DNA of 63,805 bases, the filler included, from a bacterium (GTDB taxonomy: Bacteria > UBP15 > UBA6099 > JAJRTR01): assembly GCA_024278215.1 (NCBI GenBank). It is 5 parts of 4 records of this genome, joined end to end, with 100 filler letters (N's around TTAATTAATTAA, not from the genome) between each part and the next. Parts side by side here need not be neighbours in the genome. Positions count along the whole stretch, not along the records: positions 23,589 to 44,391 come from JAJRTR010000174.1; 4 more parts are not named here. The stretch is one strand, 5' to 3'. The notes beneath the pieces are model-generated. The model saw nothing but the letters and a program-made list of their open reading frames with translations, ran no database searches and was not told the DNA's origin. Position 1 is the first letter of the stretch, and every line of letters begins with the position of its first letter. Positions 26,284 to 36,571 of the stretch are shown piece by piece. Position numbers and translations under genes: made by a program.

Positions 26284-29118
26284 CTAATTTCGAGGAATTC
26301 TTATGCCTGCTTTTGCCATGATATGTTTCGATATTTCGTCGTATCTTATCATCGGGTTTGAAAGATAATATATGGAATCCTTGTCGCGCCCCATCTTTCC
26401 GTACAGTTCGCCCAGAAGCAGTGACACCGCCGGCAGCAGCGCCTGTGTGTCGTCGTCGTAAATGATGTTTTTCAGCAATTTCACTCCTTCACTCTGTTTG
26501 CCGGGTTCGAGATAATAATCCCTGAGCGCCATCAACAGTTCCGGTTCCTTTCGTCTGAGAATATTTGCGATAAGTTTTTTCGGATCTTTGATTTTCAACT
26601 TCTTTTTTTTCGCCGGCTGATCCTGTCTGATAAGCGTTGCCTTTTTTTTCGTTTTTTCTTGTGTGGGTGTGGGTGTTTTATTCTTATTCTTAGCACCAAT
26701 GGCGGCGGATTTGCCAAGCAATTCTTCCGCTTCCAAAATGCTTCGTTCGATCCGCGCGCCGAGCGAATCAGGCGACATATCGACTTCCATGTCCGGCAGC
26801 AAATCCATCTGTGCGTCCAGTTCATTTTCTTCGATCCGGCCTTTTTCGGCCAGCAGTTCGATCTCTCTCCTCATTTCCTTTTCTATCTCAAGCGCCGCCA
26901 TCAGGTCCTTATTCCTGTTGCGCAGGTTTTCCGTTTCTTCAATAAGTTCTTCTACCTTCATTTCGAAATTTTCGTTATCAGCTTCGAGTTTTCTCGCTCT
27001 GGCAGCAAGCGCGTTGTATTTTTCCTCGAGCGCGGCTTTTTCGACATTAATCCCTTTCAAGCTCTTATAAGAAATAATAAGTTCATTCATCCTGTTGGAC
27101 GCTTGTTCGAGAATAAAATCCTTCTCCTGCATCCGTTTTTTGAACGAGCTGTTCAGTTCGTTCAGCGTGCGTTCGAGCATCGCCGATTTCTTTCTGTAGC
27201 CTTCATTCTCGGAAGCAATCCTGGCGAAAGACCTGCTCTTGTTCTCGAGCCCGGCGACGACTCTATGAAAATCGTTTACCTGCTCTCTCATTTCTTTCAG
27301 TTCCCGGTCCTTGCTTTTAAGCCTTGTGCCGAGAGATTCCCTTAGAGCTGCAAGTTTTGTTTCGAGTTCTTTCCGCCGCTGTTGTTCTTCAGGAAGCTGT
27401 TTTTTAAGTTCATCAAGTGCGAGTTGGTCTTCTTTCAGCGCGGCGACTTCATCTCTGAATGCTTCGATTCTCCTGTTTGCAACTCGCAGTTCCTCATCCC
27501 TGTCAAGTATCCTGCTGTCGAAGTCGTTTCGCAGTTCGGTGATTTGCTCCCGGTATTTACGCCTTTCATCTTCTTTTTCATCATTCTTGTGTTCAATGTC
27601 GGAGACAAGGCGGTTGTTGACTTCGATCAGTTCGTCGATCTCCTTGTCGAGTTTATCAATTTTTGATAACGCGGCATCCAACACGGATTGCTTTTCCTGG
27701 AGTTGACCGGCAAAATCAGACTCGAGTTGCAATATCTTTTTCCGCAACTGCTGTTCGCGGACAAAAGCAGATTCGACATTCGACTCGAGCGCGTCCCGCT
27801 GTATGCGTCTCTCGGAATCGGTTTTCCGCAGTTCGTCTATCTCGTCCAGGGCTTTTTCGAGCCGCCGTTTGTTATCTTCGAGTTCATTGCCTGTAAGGAC
27901 AAGTTTTTTCTCGAGGCCAGCAATCTTCTCTTCGAGTTCTTCCCTTTCTGCCACAGTCTTTTCCAGCTCGGTCCGTACAGTACCGACCTTTTCTGTTTCC
28001 TTCTCTTTTTGTCGCAGTAGTTCAGTTATTTTTTTCAGTTCGTTTTCTTTTTCTTCGAGTTTCTTTTCGTAGTCGTTGCGAAAATCGGATAGGAATTGCT
28101 TGTTTATAAGCACTTCTTTTTCAGAAAGGATTTTGCCTGTATCAAGTTCGGAGATCGTTTTAGTCAGCTCGAATATCCTCTGGTTTGCGTCCGATAATTC
28201 TTTTTCTTTATTGCGGATAATTTCAGCGTTGTGCGTATCGGATTCGTCACGTTTTCGTTCGAGTTCGCTGATTTTGAGATTAGCCGACTTGATTTCTTTC
28301 TCAAGAGCATCGACCCTCTTGCTTTTCTCGCGCAGCTCACCGGCTTCTTTCCAGAGTTCCTCGGCGCGAGCCATAGAATCATTCAGTGCCGAGTCCTTTT
28401 TTTCGAGACTTTTTTCAAGGATTTCGAGATTTTTCGATTTTTCCTCGAAGCCGGATATTTTTGCACGTTCTTCTTTTAACTCCGATTTCAGCTTTTCGAT
28501 CTGCTGTTCGAGGTTTGTCGTGCGTCCTTCAGCTATCGCCTGCTCATATCTGTCATGCGACTTTGCCCTTAATTTTTCTTTCTGGACTTCAATGACTTTT
28601 CGCAGATGTTCGTTATCCGCTACAACCTTCGCAAGCTCGGACACAGTTTTATCAAGGTCGGATTTCAGATTGAAGTCTTGCGACTGGTGTCCGGACGCAC
28701 TGTCGTCATGTGTCGCTGTTTCTTTGCAAAAAGGAGCGGCCACTTCGTCGTCGAGATAGACCAGTATCTTTTTTTCGCCGTCACCGCCCGCGGCGCTTTC
28801 CATGAAATGGTCAGCTAACTCACGCAGCCATCCGGGTTTGACGAAAGCGTCGTAATTCATGACGACGACGATGTCATGGTCGGCGGCGCGGATGCCGAAA
28901 CTTGCCGCAGCACCGAAACCGACCCGTTTTTCCATCTCGAGTATCATTACCGATGGATAGTGCCATTTGACCATATCGGCCGAGCCGTCATCGGAACAAT
29001 CGTCGACAACAATGATGTCCGGCGGCATGGGGTCCTGCGCCAGCAGGGAATTCAGGCATCGCGGAAGATGTGCCCGTCCATTATAATTCGGTATTATTAC
29101 GGCGATACGAGAGTCCAT
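26284..29118 (-). CDS. Partial GT2 domain fused to a long coiled coil and a helical C-terminal domain
   Basis: VIIPNYNG...CLNSL...VVDDCSDDGS...GFGAA in the first ~100 aa, followed by about 600 aa of E/K/L heptads. Confidence 0.8.
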   Translation of the reverse strand: MDSRIAVIIPNYNGRAHLPRCLNSLLAQDPMPPDIIVVDDCSDDGSADMVKWHYPSVMILEMEKRVGFGAAASFGIRAADHDIVVVMNYDAFVKPGWLRELADHFMESAAGGDGEKKILVYLDDEVAAPFCKETATHDDSASGHQSQDFNLKSDLDKTVSELAKVVADNEHLRKVIEVQKEKLRAKSHDRYEQAIAEGRTTNLEQQIEKLKSELKEERAKISGFEEKSKNLEILEKSLEKKDSALNDSMARAEELWKEAGELREKSKRVDALEKEIKSANLKISELERKRDESDTHNAEIIRNKEKELSDANQRIFELTKTISELDTGKILSEKEVLINKQFLSDFRNDYEKKLEEKENELKKITELLRQKEKETEKVGTVRTELEKTVAEREELEEKIAGLEKKLVLTGNELEDNKRRLEKALDEIDELRKTDSERRIQRDALESNVESAFVREQQLRKKILQLESDFAGQLQEKQSVLDAALSKIDKLDKEIDELIEVNNRLVSDIEHKNDEKEDERRKYREQITELRNDFDSRILDRDEELRVANRRIEAFRDEVAALKEDQLALDELKKQLPEEQQRRKELETKLAALRESLGTRLKSKDRELKEMREQVNDFHRVVAGLENKSRSFARIASENEGYRKKSAMLERTLNELNSSFKKRMQEKDFILEQASNRMNELIISYKSLKGINVEKAALEEKYNALAARARKLEADNENFEMKVEELIEETENLRNRNKDLMAALEIEKEMRREIELLAEKGRIEENELDAQMDLLPDMEVDMSPDSLGARIERSILEAEELLGKSAAIGAKNKNKTPTPTQEKTKKKATLIRQDQPAKKKKLKIKDPKKLIANILRRKEPELLMALRDYYLEPGKQSEGVKLLKNIIYDDDTQALLPAVSLLLGELYGKMGRDKDSIYYLSNPMIRYDEISKHIMAKAGIRIPRN

Positions 29119-29195
29119 ACTTCCCTTTCCTTATGGATTAACACTGAAAAATTATATATCAAAAACGAAAAATCAGCGAGAACATTTATTTTATG

Positions 29196-29373
29196 GAGCC
29201 AATTGCACAATTATGTTCGTAGCGAGGTCGACGAAATTATTCAGAAGCAAGGCGGAGGTGCAAAATCCCCGCAGGCGTACTCATGGAGTACGTTGAGGAT
29301 GATTTTGTGCCGACAACGCAGCTATGGGCAATTGCAGCCGACCGCCGCCGAATCGGAATTTTGCAATTTGCTC
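29196..29373. mobile_element. About 178-bp MITE, family C
   Basis: TIRs GAGCCAATTGCACAATT / AATTTTGCAATTTGCTC. A diverged reverse copy lies at 49103-49248. Confidence 0.75.
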
Positions 29374-29519
29374 AATGGAGTGTGCGACATATTGATGGGT
29401 TTATCGAATGAGCCTCCTGCAAGGCGTGAACGGTGTCATACAACTCCATGTGTGACATGCTCAAACCATTGTTGTCGGAACGCAAATCAGTTTGGAATTA
29501 CCGCGAAAACGTAAATCCA

Positions 29520-29549
29520 TTGTCATATTTTCGATACGAATGTTATAAT
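29520..29549 (+). promoter_or_regulatory. Sigma-70-type promoter with extended -10
   Basis: TTGTCA-N18-TATAAT with TG-n before the -10, upstream of ATG 29578. Confidence 0.55.
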
Positions 29550-29577
29550 GTATTAAATATTTGACCTTTATGAGAGT

Positions 29578-32500
29578 ATGAAGAAAATCAGCTACTACAG
29601 AAAACCAAATATCACAATACATAATATTATTGGAGTTTGTTTTGCGTTGTTGTTTTCAGTAGCATGTATGGAAACCGCATTTTGCGAGGATTTTCAGGAA
29701 ACTTTTTCACCCGGCTGGCATCTTATAACCATACCGTGCGCGCCGTCGAGCAGCGACCCGACAGTTGTTTTCGCGTCTCCTTTCGAGGAGGTCGTGGGTA
29801 TAGAATACGATGGTTACGTATATCCGGAAGACATGACGGAAGTTGCGGCCGGTAAGGCGTACTGGGCATATTTCACAAGCACAACAACTGTGACGATCAG
29901 CGGCGATGCTCTGACAGGCGGCACCGAAGACCTGACGCTGTCGCCCGGCTGGAACATGATAGGTAGCCCTTTTGAAATATCATCATGGAGCGATGCAATG
30001 ATAGGGGGCGTCCCTGCCGGTGAATCGGATGTGCTCGAATCGGGACTGTTTTATTACGACGCCGCGTCGGGAGGATATATCGAGGAGACGTCGGCGCTGT
30101 CGAGTTGGCGCGGTTATTTTGTTAAAGTCGGCGGCACCGGGACTGTAACGCTGGAAGTGCCTAACGGCGGCACCATTATTCCACAGGGAACGATTACGGG
30201 CACGGCAAACCTCGAAGGTCTGTCGGACCACACAGGGATAAACATAAATATCGACCCTGACGCGGAGGGCGATTCGATAGATATTGCTTCAAATTCATCC
30301 GGTGCGTTTTCGAAGTCGGCGCTCGCTGTCGGCGGCTACACTGTCACCGCTTCATACTCCGGATTCACGAACGATTCCACACATATTGATGTGCTCGACG
30401 GGGAAAGCACAGACACGGGATTATTGCTGCTCGAAGACACAAGTTATCCGCTTATTGCGTCGCTCGTGCCCGCCGATGGTGCGACGGTCGAGACAGCCAC
30501 ACCCACTATGTCGGCAACATTCAGCGACACAGGCGCGGGTATAGCCACGTCTACGGTCAAGATTACAGTCGGCGGTACGGATGTCACAGGTTCGTCGTCG
30601 ATTCTCGATATGGGGTTCACCTACACACCTTCGGCTGCCATCGAAGATGGAGCGGTGACGCTCGTAGTCGAGGTCGCCGACAGGGCAGGCAATCAGACGT
30701 CGGCCACCAGCACGTTCACCATCGACACGGGCGGCGCTGTCGACCCTGACCAGCCGTCGAACGTCGTCGCCTCGGAATGCGAACACGGCTCACTAACTCT
30801 GCTTTGCATAACATGGGACGCGCCCGAAGACCCCAGTGTCACAGGCTATAACATATACGTCTATCACGAAACCGAAGATATACAATCGCCGTACAACGGC
30901 GAGCGTCCCGTGCCTGTAAGCAGGTACACGGTGGGCGGGCTGACTCCCGGCGAGTCTTATGGTATTGAAATAACGGCAGTTGTCGAGGAAGGCGGCCTGG
31001 TTGTCGAGGAAAGCGCACACACGGACAGGGCGTCACGCAGCACAGTGGCGAACTCGGGCAACCAGGCGGTGGTTTCTTTCAGGGCGATATCCGAATCAGG
31101 CACCGGCAGCAGCAGAGTGGCGGCAAAGACAAGCGGCAACCTGCTCTCTGGACTTGTTGCCGTCGCGAGTGCGGCAGTGGTTATTACGGATGCGAACGGT
31201 GTGTCTCTTGCCACTGCAACCACGGGTGAATTCGGCTGGGTCGAGGTTTCCGCCCTCGATGCAGGCACGTACAATATGGAGATCACCGACGACGGCGGAA
31301 CTCCCGATCCCGGAGATGACATTTTCATCGAAAAGGACGATATCGAACTCGGTGAAGGTGAGGTATACGTAATCGCCACCGCCTATCTGGACATGAATGG
31401 CTGGGGCGAGTTCTGCGGAGACGGCATCGCCAACGCATGTGAGGAATGCGACGACGGGAACCGCGACGACGGAGACGGCTGCTCCGCTACGTGCATGGAC
31501 GAAACACCCGACGCATCCAGGCACGAAGGCGGCATCTGCGAGGACACGACATGGTATCTCGCCGACAGTCCGCATATTGTCGAAGGTCCGGTTTTCGTGA
31601 GAGGATTCAACGATCCAACACTTACAATTGAGGCCGGCTGCGAAGTAAAGTTCGATTCGGGCGCGACGCTTATTATCGGAACGAAACGGGTCGACGGCGG
31701 GCTGATCGCCGATGGTTCCGGCGGCGCGATAACATTTACTTCCAACGAAGCAGTTCCCTCGCCCGGCGACTGGGACGGTATCGTTTTCGGTCCGAAAACG
31801 CTTAACACCGGCAAACTCGACAACGTGACGGTGGAATACGCGGGCGGTTCGACAGGTGCGTCCATTTATGTCGGCGGCGAAATCGACACCTTCACCGACA
31901 GCACCATACAAAGCGGCTCAGGCACCGGCGTATACTTCGCCGACGGCGGCTACGTCGCCGGCGGTTTCGCCACCAACACAGTCACAACACACTCACAGAA
32001 TCCTGTCACCGTGTATGCGGACTATGTAAACTATCTGCTCGGCGGGAACACGCTTACGGGCAACAGCAATGATGTAATCAAAGTCGAAAGCGATGTGGTA
32101 ACCACCACGAGTCATTGGCGCAATTTCGGAGTTCCTTATGAAATCGAGGGCGATATGTGGGTCTATGAAGACCTGACTATCGACAACGATCTGACAATCA
32201 CCGCCAGAGGCGATATATATGTGGGCTTGATTACCGGACTGCCTGTTTTCACTATCGGATCAGGCGTCACTATGAAATTTGATTCGGGAGCCGGTCTTAA
32301 CATCGGCGTGGACTCGGGTACCGGCAACTTCGACCATGCCACCCTAGTCGCCGACGGCACAGACGGTGCCATAACTTTCACCTCCAGCAGCGACACACCC
32401 GCAGCGGGCGACTGGAAAGGGATTCACCTGGGCGAATATACCAAACCCGGCACTATTATCGATAATGCCGTGATCGAATACGCCGGAAGCGTCTCCACCG

Positions 32501-33987
32501 CAAGCGTGATAGTCGAAGGTGAAATCGACTACATCAGAAATACAAATATACGGAACGGCGGCGGCATCGGTGTCGACTTCAAAGAAAACGGTTATGCCGA
32601 CTACGGTTTCGCCACCAACACCATCACAGGTCACGCGCTGCGCCCCATAAACATATACGCAAACTCTGTGCCGTGTGTCGAAGGCTCCAACACGATCACA
32701 GGCAATGGCGAAGACATCATCAGGGTCGAGGGCGGCACCGCGTCGGTAGCGGGCACATGGCCGAATCTTGGTGTGCCGTACGAGGTCTACGGAAATGTTG
32801 CATTCGATGAGGCGACGACTTTCGACCCGGATTTGACGCTTACTTTCGACGGCGACGTGGCATTTAATGAGGACGGGACATTCGGGAGTAATGTTACTGT
32901 AATAGTAAAGGGCAATGTATCGGCGGGCGATTTTATCGGCAGGCCCATTGTTACGATCGGCGCAGGCGGAACATGGAAGTTCGATCCGGGAACGAAAATG
33001 GAGATCGGCATCGACGAGGGCAACAGCGACGACGGCGGCATGATAGCGAACGGCGCGAGCGGCACAATCACATTCACATCCAACAGCGCCGTGCCTGCCG
33101 CGGGCGACTGGGAGGGTATCACATTCGGCACGCGAACACGCCCGGAGAGCCTGCTTGATAATGTGGTTATCGAATATGCGGGCAACTCCGGCGCGGCACT
33201 GACCGTTATGGATGAGGTGGAGTCAATCGACAACACGACAGTGCAATACAGCGGCGGCGTAGGGATGGATTTCCAGTCCGGCGGCTACACAGGCACAAGC
33301 TTTGCCTCGAATACTATAACCGGCAACGATTCCTATCCTATAAACATTTATGCGGGTTATGTGGCGGACATAGCAGCAGGCAATACCTTCACAGGCAACG
33401 CCACGGACGGTATACGGATCATGGGCGGAACAGTCGTCGCGGCAGGCACATGGCTGAATCACGGCGTGCCCTACGTCATTGAGAACGACGTGCTGTTTGA
33501 AAGAGACGTAACATTTGCAGATAACCTGACGGTAATCGCTTACGGAGACATACAGATCGGGCAGTGGAGTTATCTCCCGAAACTCACGGTCGGTGCGGGC
33601 AGCACATTGAAATTCGCAAGCGGTGCGGGAATAGACTTGCTCGACACACTGCGCGGACGCCTCTATGCCGACGGGACTTCGAGTACTATAACTTTCACGT
33701 CTAATCAGGCGTCGCCCTCCGCCGGCGACTGGGCAGGCATCACGTTCGGGGTGGACACATACTCCGGCACGGTCATCAACAACTGCGTTATATCTTATGG
33801 CGGGGCGAACGGCTACGGCAACATTTACCTGAACGATACCGCCACCAATGTGTCTATAACCAACAACACTATTTCCAACAGCAGCACTTACGGCGTCTAT
33901 GTGGATGTTAACTCGACATTCGATCCGACCGAAGAAACGACAAACACTTTCAGCGGCAACGCGAGCGGCGATGTTTTCAGAGAGTGA
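29578..33987 (+). CDS. Large secreted/surface protein: Ig-like and FN3 modules, DUF4215 Cys-rich motif, repeated beta-helix modules
   Basis: Signal-like N-terminus, Thr/Gly/Asp-rich, ITWDAP...GYNIY...LTPGESY (FN3), CGDG...EECDDGN...GDGCSATC, and four ITFTS...GDWxGI repeats. Confidence 0.85.
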   Translation: MKKISYYRKPNITIHNIIGVCFALLFSVACMETAFCEDFQETFSPGWHLITIPCAPSSSDPTVVFASPFEEVVGIEYDGYVYPEDMTEVAAGKAYWAYFTSTTTVTISGDALTGGTEDLTLSPGWNMIGSPFEISSWSDAMIGGVPAGESDVLESGLFYYDAASGGYIEETSALSSWRGYFVKVGGTGTVTLEVPNGGTIIPQGTITGTANLEGLSDHTGININIDPDAEGDSIDIASNSSGAFSKSALAVGGYTVTASYSGFTNDSTHIDVLDGESTDTGLLLLEDTSYPLIASLVPADGATVETATPTMSATFSDTGAGIATSTVKITVGGTDVTGSSSILDMGFTYTPSAAIEDGAVTLVVEVADRAGNQTSATSTFTIDTGGAVDPDQPSNVVASECEHGSLTLLCITWDAPEDPSVTGYNIYVYHETEDIQSPYNGERPVPVSRYTVGGLTPGESYGIEITAVVEEGGLVVEESAHTDRASRSTVANSGNQAVVSFRAISESGTGSSRVAAKTSGNLLSGLVAVASAAVVITDANGVSLATATTGEFGWVEVSALDAGTYNMEITDDGGTPDPGDDIFIEKDDIELGEGEVYVIATAYLDMNGWGEFCGDGIANACEECDDGNRDDGDGCSATCMDETPDASRHEGGICEDTTWYLADSPHIVEGPVFVRGFNDPTLTIEAGCEVKFDSGATLIIGTKRVDGGLIADGSGGAITFTSNEAVPSPGDWDGIVFGPKTLNTGKLDNVTVEYAGGSTGASIYVGGEIDTFTDSTIQSGSGTGVYFADGGYVAGGFATNTVTTHSQNPVTVYADYVNYLLGGNTLTGNSNDVIKVESDVVTTTSHWRNFGVPYEIEGDMWVYEDLTIDNDLTITARGDIYVGLITGLPVFTIGSGVTMKFDSGAGLNIGVDSGTGNFDHATLVADGTDGAITFTSSSDTPAAGDWKGIHLGEYTKPGTIIDNAVIEYAGSVSTASVIVEGEIDYIRNTNIRNGGGIGVDFKENGYADYGFATNTITGHALRPINIYANSVPCVEGSNTITGNGEDIIRVEGGTASVAGTWPNLGVPYEVYGNVAFDEATTFDPDLTLTFDGDVAFNEDGTFGSNVTVIVKGNVSAGDFIGRPIVTIGAGGTWKFDPGTKMEIGIDEGNSDDGGMIANGASGTITFTSNSAVPAAGDWEGITFGTRTRPESLLDNVVIEYAGNSGAALTVMDEVESIDNTTVQYSGGVGMDFQSGGYTGTSFASNTITGNDSYPINIYAGYVADIAAGNTFTGNATDGIRIMGGTVVAAGTWLNHGVPYVIENDVLFERDVTFADNLTVIAYGDIQIGQWSYLPKLTVGAGSTLKFASGAGIDLLDTLRGRLYADGTSSTITFTSNQASPSAGDWAGITFGVDTYSGTVINNCVISYGGANGYGNIYLNDTATNVSITNNTISNSSTYGVYVDVNSTFDPTEETTNTFSGNASGDVFRE

Positions 33988-34044
33988 TCTTTCTGTAGAG
34001 GTTAAGCGGGATTATATCGAGTACTGCGATTTTCGTCACGTCAA

Positions 34045-35112
34045 TCACCTTTTCGGCGATATTTTTTTCAGTTGTGCTGCAATTTCGAATCCGAACTGCA
34101 ACAATTCGGAGGCGGCGTCTTTTACGGATTTGACGATCAGTCCGTCGTCCGGCAGACGATCATCGCCCGGCGGGAATGCGCCCATTGACTTGTGCGGCTC
34201 GGTCTGATACCAGTAGGCGGTGCTGGAGTAGTCAGAGCCGGGCGCATCGTTGGTGCCGCCGTGCTCCATTGTCACGCGGATACTTTTCTTGAACGGGATC
34301 GGGTCCTCGATGTGGAATCTGTAAGCGGAGATGCGAGACCTGAGCCGGTCTTTGATCGTCAGTCCATGGAAGGGGCCTGCGAACTTTCCTGTAATGAAGT
34401 ACCAGCCACCGTTGAAATAATCTTCCGTTCCCGTGCCGTGTACCGCCGGTGGGTGCTGTTCACCGTCTACATATATCATTTCGTCGCCTTCGAGAAACCA
34501 CAGTGACAGAGGCCTCTTGCCCTGCATATTCAGGTTGCAGCCGACATAGTGGCCTGCGCCTTCGGCTTCGAGCAGTGTGAAGTTCGAGCCCGGCAATGTT
34601 TTTTCGTGCCGCCATCTGGCGTGGAATCGACCGGTTTCCCTGTCGTTTTCCAGTTTGTCGAATCGGTGGTAAGTAATATTGTAGTAAAAAGCGTTTATGC
34701 TTTTCGGACTCTCGTTGACAAGTTCGATTCTCGCGCTTTTCCCGAAGGGCATAGAGAAATAGCAGTAGTAACCGCCGCTTGACATCCCAAGCGGCAGTGC
34801 CGTGAAGTGCCTGTATTGTGAGAAACCCACTCCGAAGAAATCACCCAGCGGCGCTTCCACACTGGGGGCTTCCTCGCCATCCCAGTACATTCGCAATGTT
34901 GCGCGGCGCAATATGTAGAGATCGGGAGACGCGACAGTGACCCAGATGCGTGAGATGCAGCCCGCGCCTTCTATCTCGGCCAGCACAGCCTTTTCGCCCG
35001 GGTCGACGACCACGTAATCATCGTTTCCGCCTGTACGGTCATAACTCGACTCCTGCGCTGAACTGTAGTCTTTCATCAGCGGAAGCTGATTCAGCATTTT
35101 CATCGGGCTCAT
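34045..35112 (-). CDS. DUF2961 / GH172 glycoside hydrolase
   Basis: SSYDRTGGNDD, GAGCISRIW, PLGDFFG, EGDEMIYVDG, GTGTEDYF, YRFHIEDPI and SSTAYWYQ. Confidence 0.92.
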   Translation of the reverse strand: MSPMKMLNQLPLMKDYSSAQESSYDRTGGNDDYVVVDPGEKAVLAEIEGAGCISRIWVTVASPDLYILRRATLRMYWDGEEAPSVEAPLGDFFGVGFSQYRHFTALPLGMSSGGYYCYFSMPFGKSARIELVNESPKSINAFYYNITYHRFDKLENDRETGRFHARWRHEKTLPGSNFTLLEAEGAGHYVGCNLNMQGKRPLSLWFLEGDEMIYVDGEQHPPAVHGTGTEDYFNGGWYFITGKFAGPFHGLTIKDRLRSRISAYRFHIEDPIPFKKSIRVTMEHGGTNDAPGSDYSSTAYWYQTEPHKSMGAFPPGDDRLPDDGLIVKSVKDAASELLQFGFEIAAQLKKISPKR

Positions 35113-35152
35113 TATTCACCGCCGTTTTATCAGTTTTCTGTATTGCCGTCTT

Positions 35153-35374
35153 TTAATCTCTTACCGGCCACTCGTCCTGTTCCCGATTCTCGACATGACA
35201 GCAGAACCTGCTCCACTCGAATTCCATATGCGACACCGGGCAGCGAAGTCTAACTTTTTTGTCGTCGACACCAATAACGAGCCAGTCGCCCGCTCTCGGC
35301 CCGTCGGCAATGGTTATCTTCTGTCCAACTTCAAACTCATACATTTTAAAAACTGTAACTTTATGTTTCTCCAT
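35153..35374 (-). CDS. Small hypothetical protein
   Basis: Compact beta-rich-looking ORF (GQKITIADGPRAGDWLVIG...CPVS) co-oriented upstream of the GH172 gene. Confidence 0.65.
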   Translation of the reverse strand: MEKHKVTVFKMYEFEVGQKITIADGPRAGDWLVIGVDDKKVRLRCPVSHMEFEWSRFCCHVENREQDEWPVRD

Positions 35375-35508
35375 ATTAATATTCTTTCTTTCAATTGACT
35401 GGATTATACTATTCATTTTATACGGTTTGCAGTTAAAATCAAAATATACGAAATGTGGTATACACTTGACTCAACCAATACGAATGGCGGACTGCGCATT
35501 CTTTTAAA

Positions 35509-35593
35509 TGGATTCCCGCTTAAAACGTGCGGGAATGACATAATTAAAAACAAGCTGCCTGAGAATGTCATTCCCGTGAAAACGGGAATCCAT
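35509..35593. repeat. Inverted REP doublet
   Basis: GGATTCCCGC..GCGGGAATGAC followed by GTCATTCCCGTGAAAACGGGAATCC. Confidence 0.8.
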
Positions 35594-35637
35594 TATATCC
35601 CGGGTTGAGTGATGTGCATACCCCATTAGGAAGCATT

Positions 35638-36357
35638 ATGTGCGGAAGATACTCGCTAATACACAATTATGAATTCATCGAAGACCGTTTCGAGTTCGAT
35701 GAATCCGACATTCGGGAGTTCAGTGCGCGCTACAATATCGCCCCCACACAGGAATCGATTGTGATAGCGGCGGATGAAAGCGGCAGGAGATTGAAAATGA
35801 TGCGCTGGGGACTGATACCGGCATGGGCGAAGGATGAAACAATCGGCGGCAGGATGATAAACGCACGCGCGGAAACGCTAACAGGGAAAAGGAGCTTCTC
35901 GAATCTACTTGAGACAAAACGCTGCCTGGTGATCGCCGACGGTTTCTACGAATGGCATCGTGACAAAAGAACAAAAAACACAACCCCTTTCAGGTTCACC
36001 CTCGAGGACGGCAGTCCGTTCGCTTTTGCCGGACTCTGGGACACATGGAATAATGCCGATGGAGAACCGATTTTTTCATATACGATAATAACGACTGCCG
36101 CGAATGAACTCACAACGGCTGTCCATGATCGAATGCCCGTGATTCTCACGCTCGAATCTGAGCGCGTATGGCTTGACAAAAACACAACAGCAACACAGGA
36201 CCTCACTCCGTTGCTTGTTCCTTATGATGCCTGCGCAATGAAGTATTATGAAGTATCACCTATAGTAAATTCCTCTTCAAACGACACCCCTGATTGCATA
36301 CAGCCTGCCGCGCTTTTGAAAACAAATTGTCAGGCGGAGCTGCATTTCGATGTATAG
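35638..36357 (+). CDS. SRAP-family abasic-site processing protein (YedK/HMCES-like)
   Basis: Starts MCGRY (catalytic Cys2). RYNIAPTQ, WGLIP, INARAET, ADGFYEW and HDRMPVIL. Confidence 0.95.
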   Translation: MCGRYSLIHNYEFIEDRFEFDESDIREFSARYNIAPTQESIVIAADESGRRLKMMRWGLIPAWAKDETIGGRMINARAETLTGKRSFSNLLETKRCLVIADGFYEWHRDKRTKNTTPFRFTLEDGSPFAFAGLWDTWNNADGEPIFSYTIITTAANELTTAVHDRMPVILTLESERVWLDKNTTATQDLTPLLVPYDACAMKYYEVSPIVNSSSNDTPDCIQPAALLKTNCQAELHFDV

Positions 36358-36537
36358 GTGCTGAACCCAATTATGTTTTCCTGGCCCGCATTGTTGAAAT
36401 ATGCTGGTTTGTCCCTTATCGACCATCGAGGAAACGTCCCGATTACGCCCATCACACCATTGATCGCTTGTTTGCGAAATATTCTGATTGCAATAAATGT
36501 CACATCCGAAAAACGACTGATTTGTTTGCCCTGTCGC

Positions 36538-36564
36538 TCAAGTTATATAAATTTTTACCGATAT
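36538..36564 (+). promoter_or_regulatory. Sigma-28 (FliA/SigD) promoter
   Basis: TCAAGTTA-N11-ACCGATAT against the consensus TAAAGTTT-N11-GCCGATAA. Confidence 0.65.
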
Positions 36565-36571
36565 AAGTGAT

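Noticed and set aside
26284-29118. SMC or chromosome-segregation ATPase
   Set aside because: There is no Walker A/B or signature motif and no hinge. Only the coiled coil is similar.
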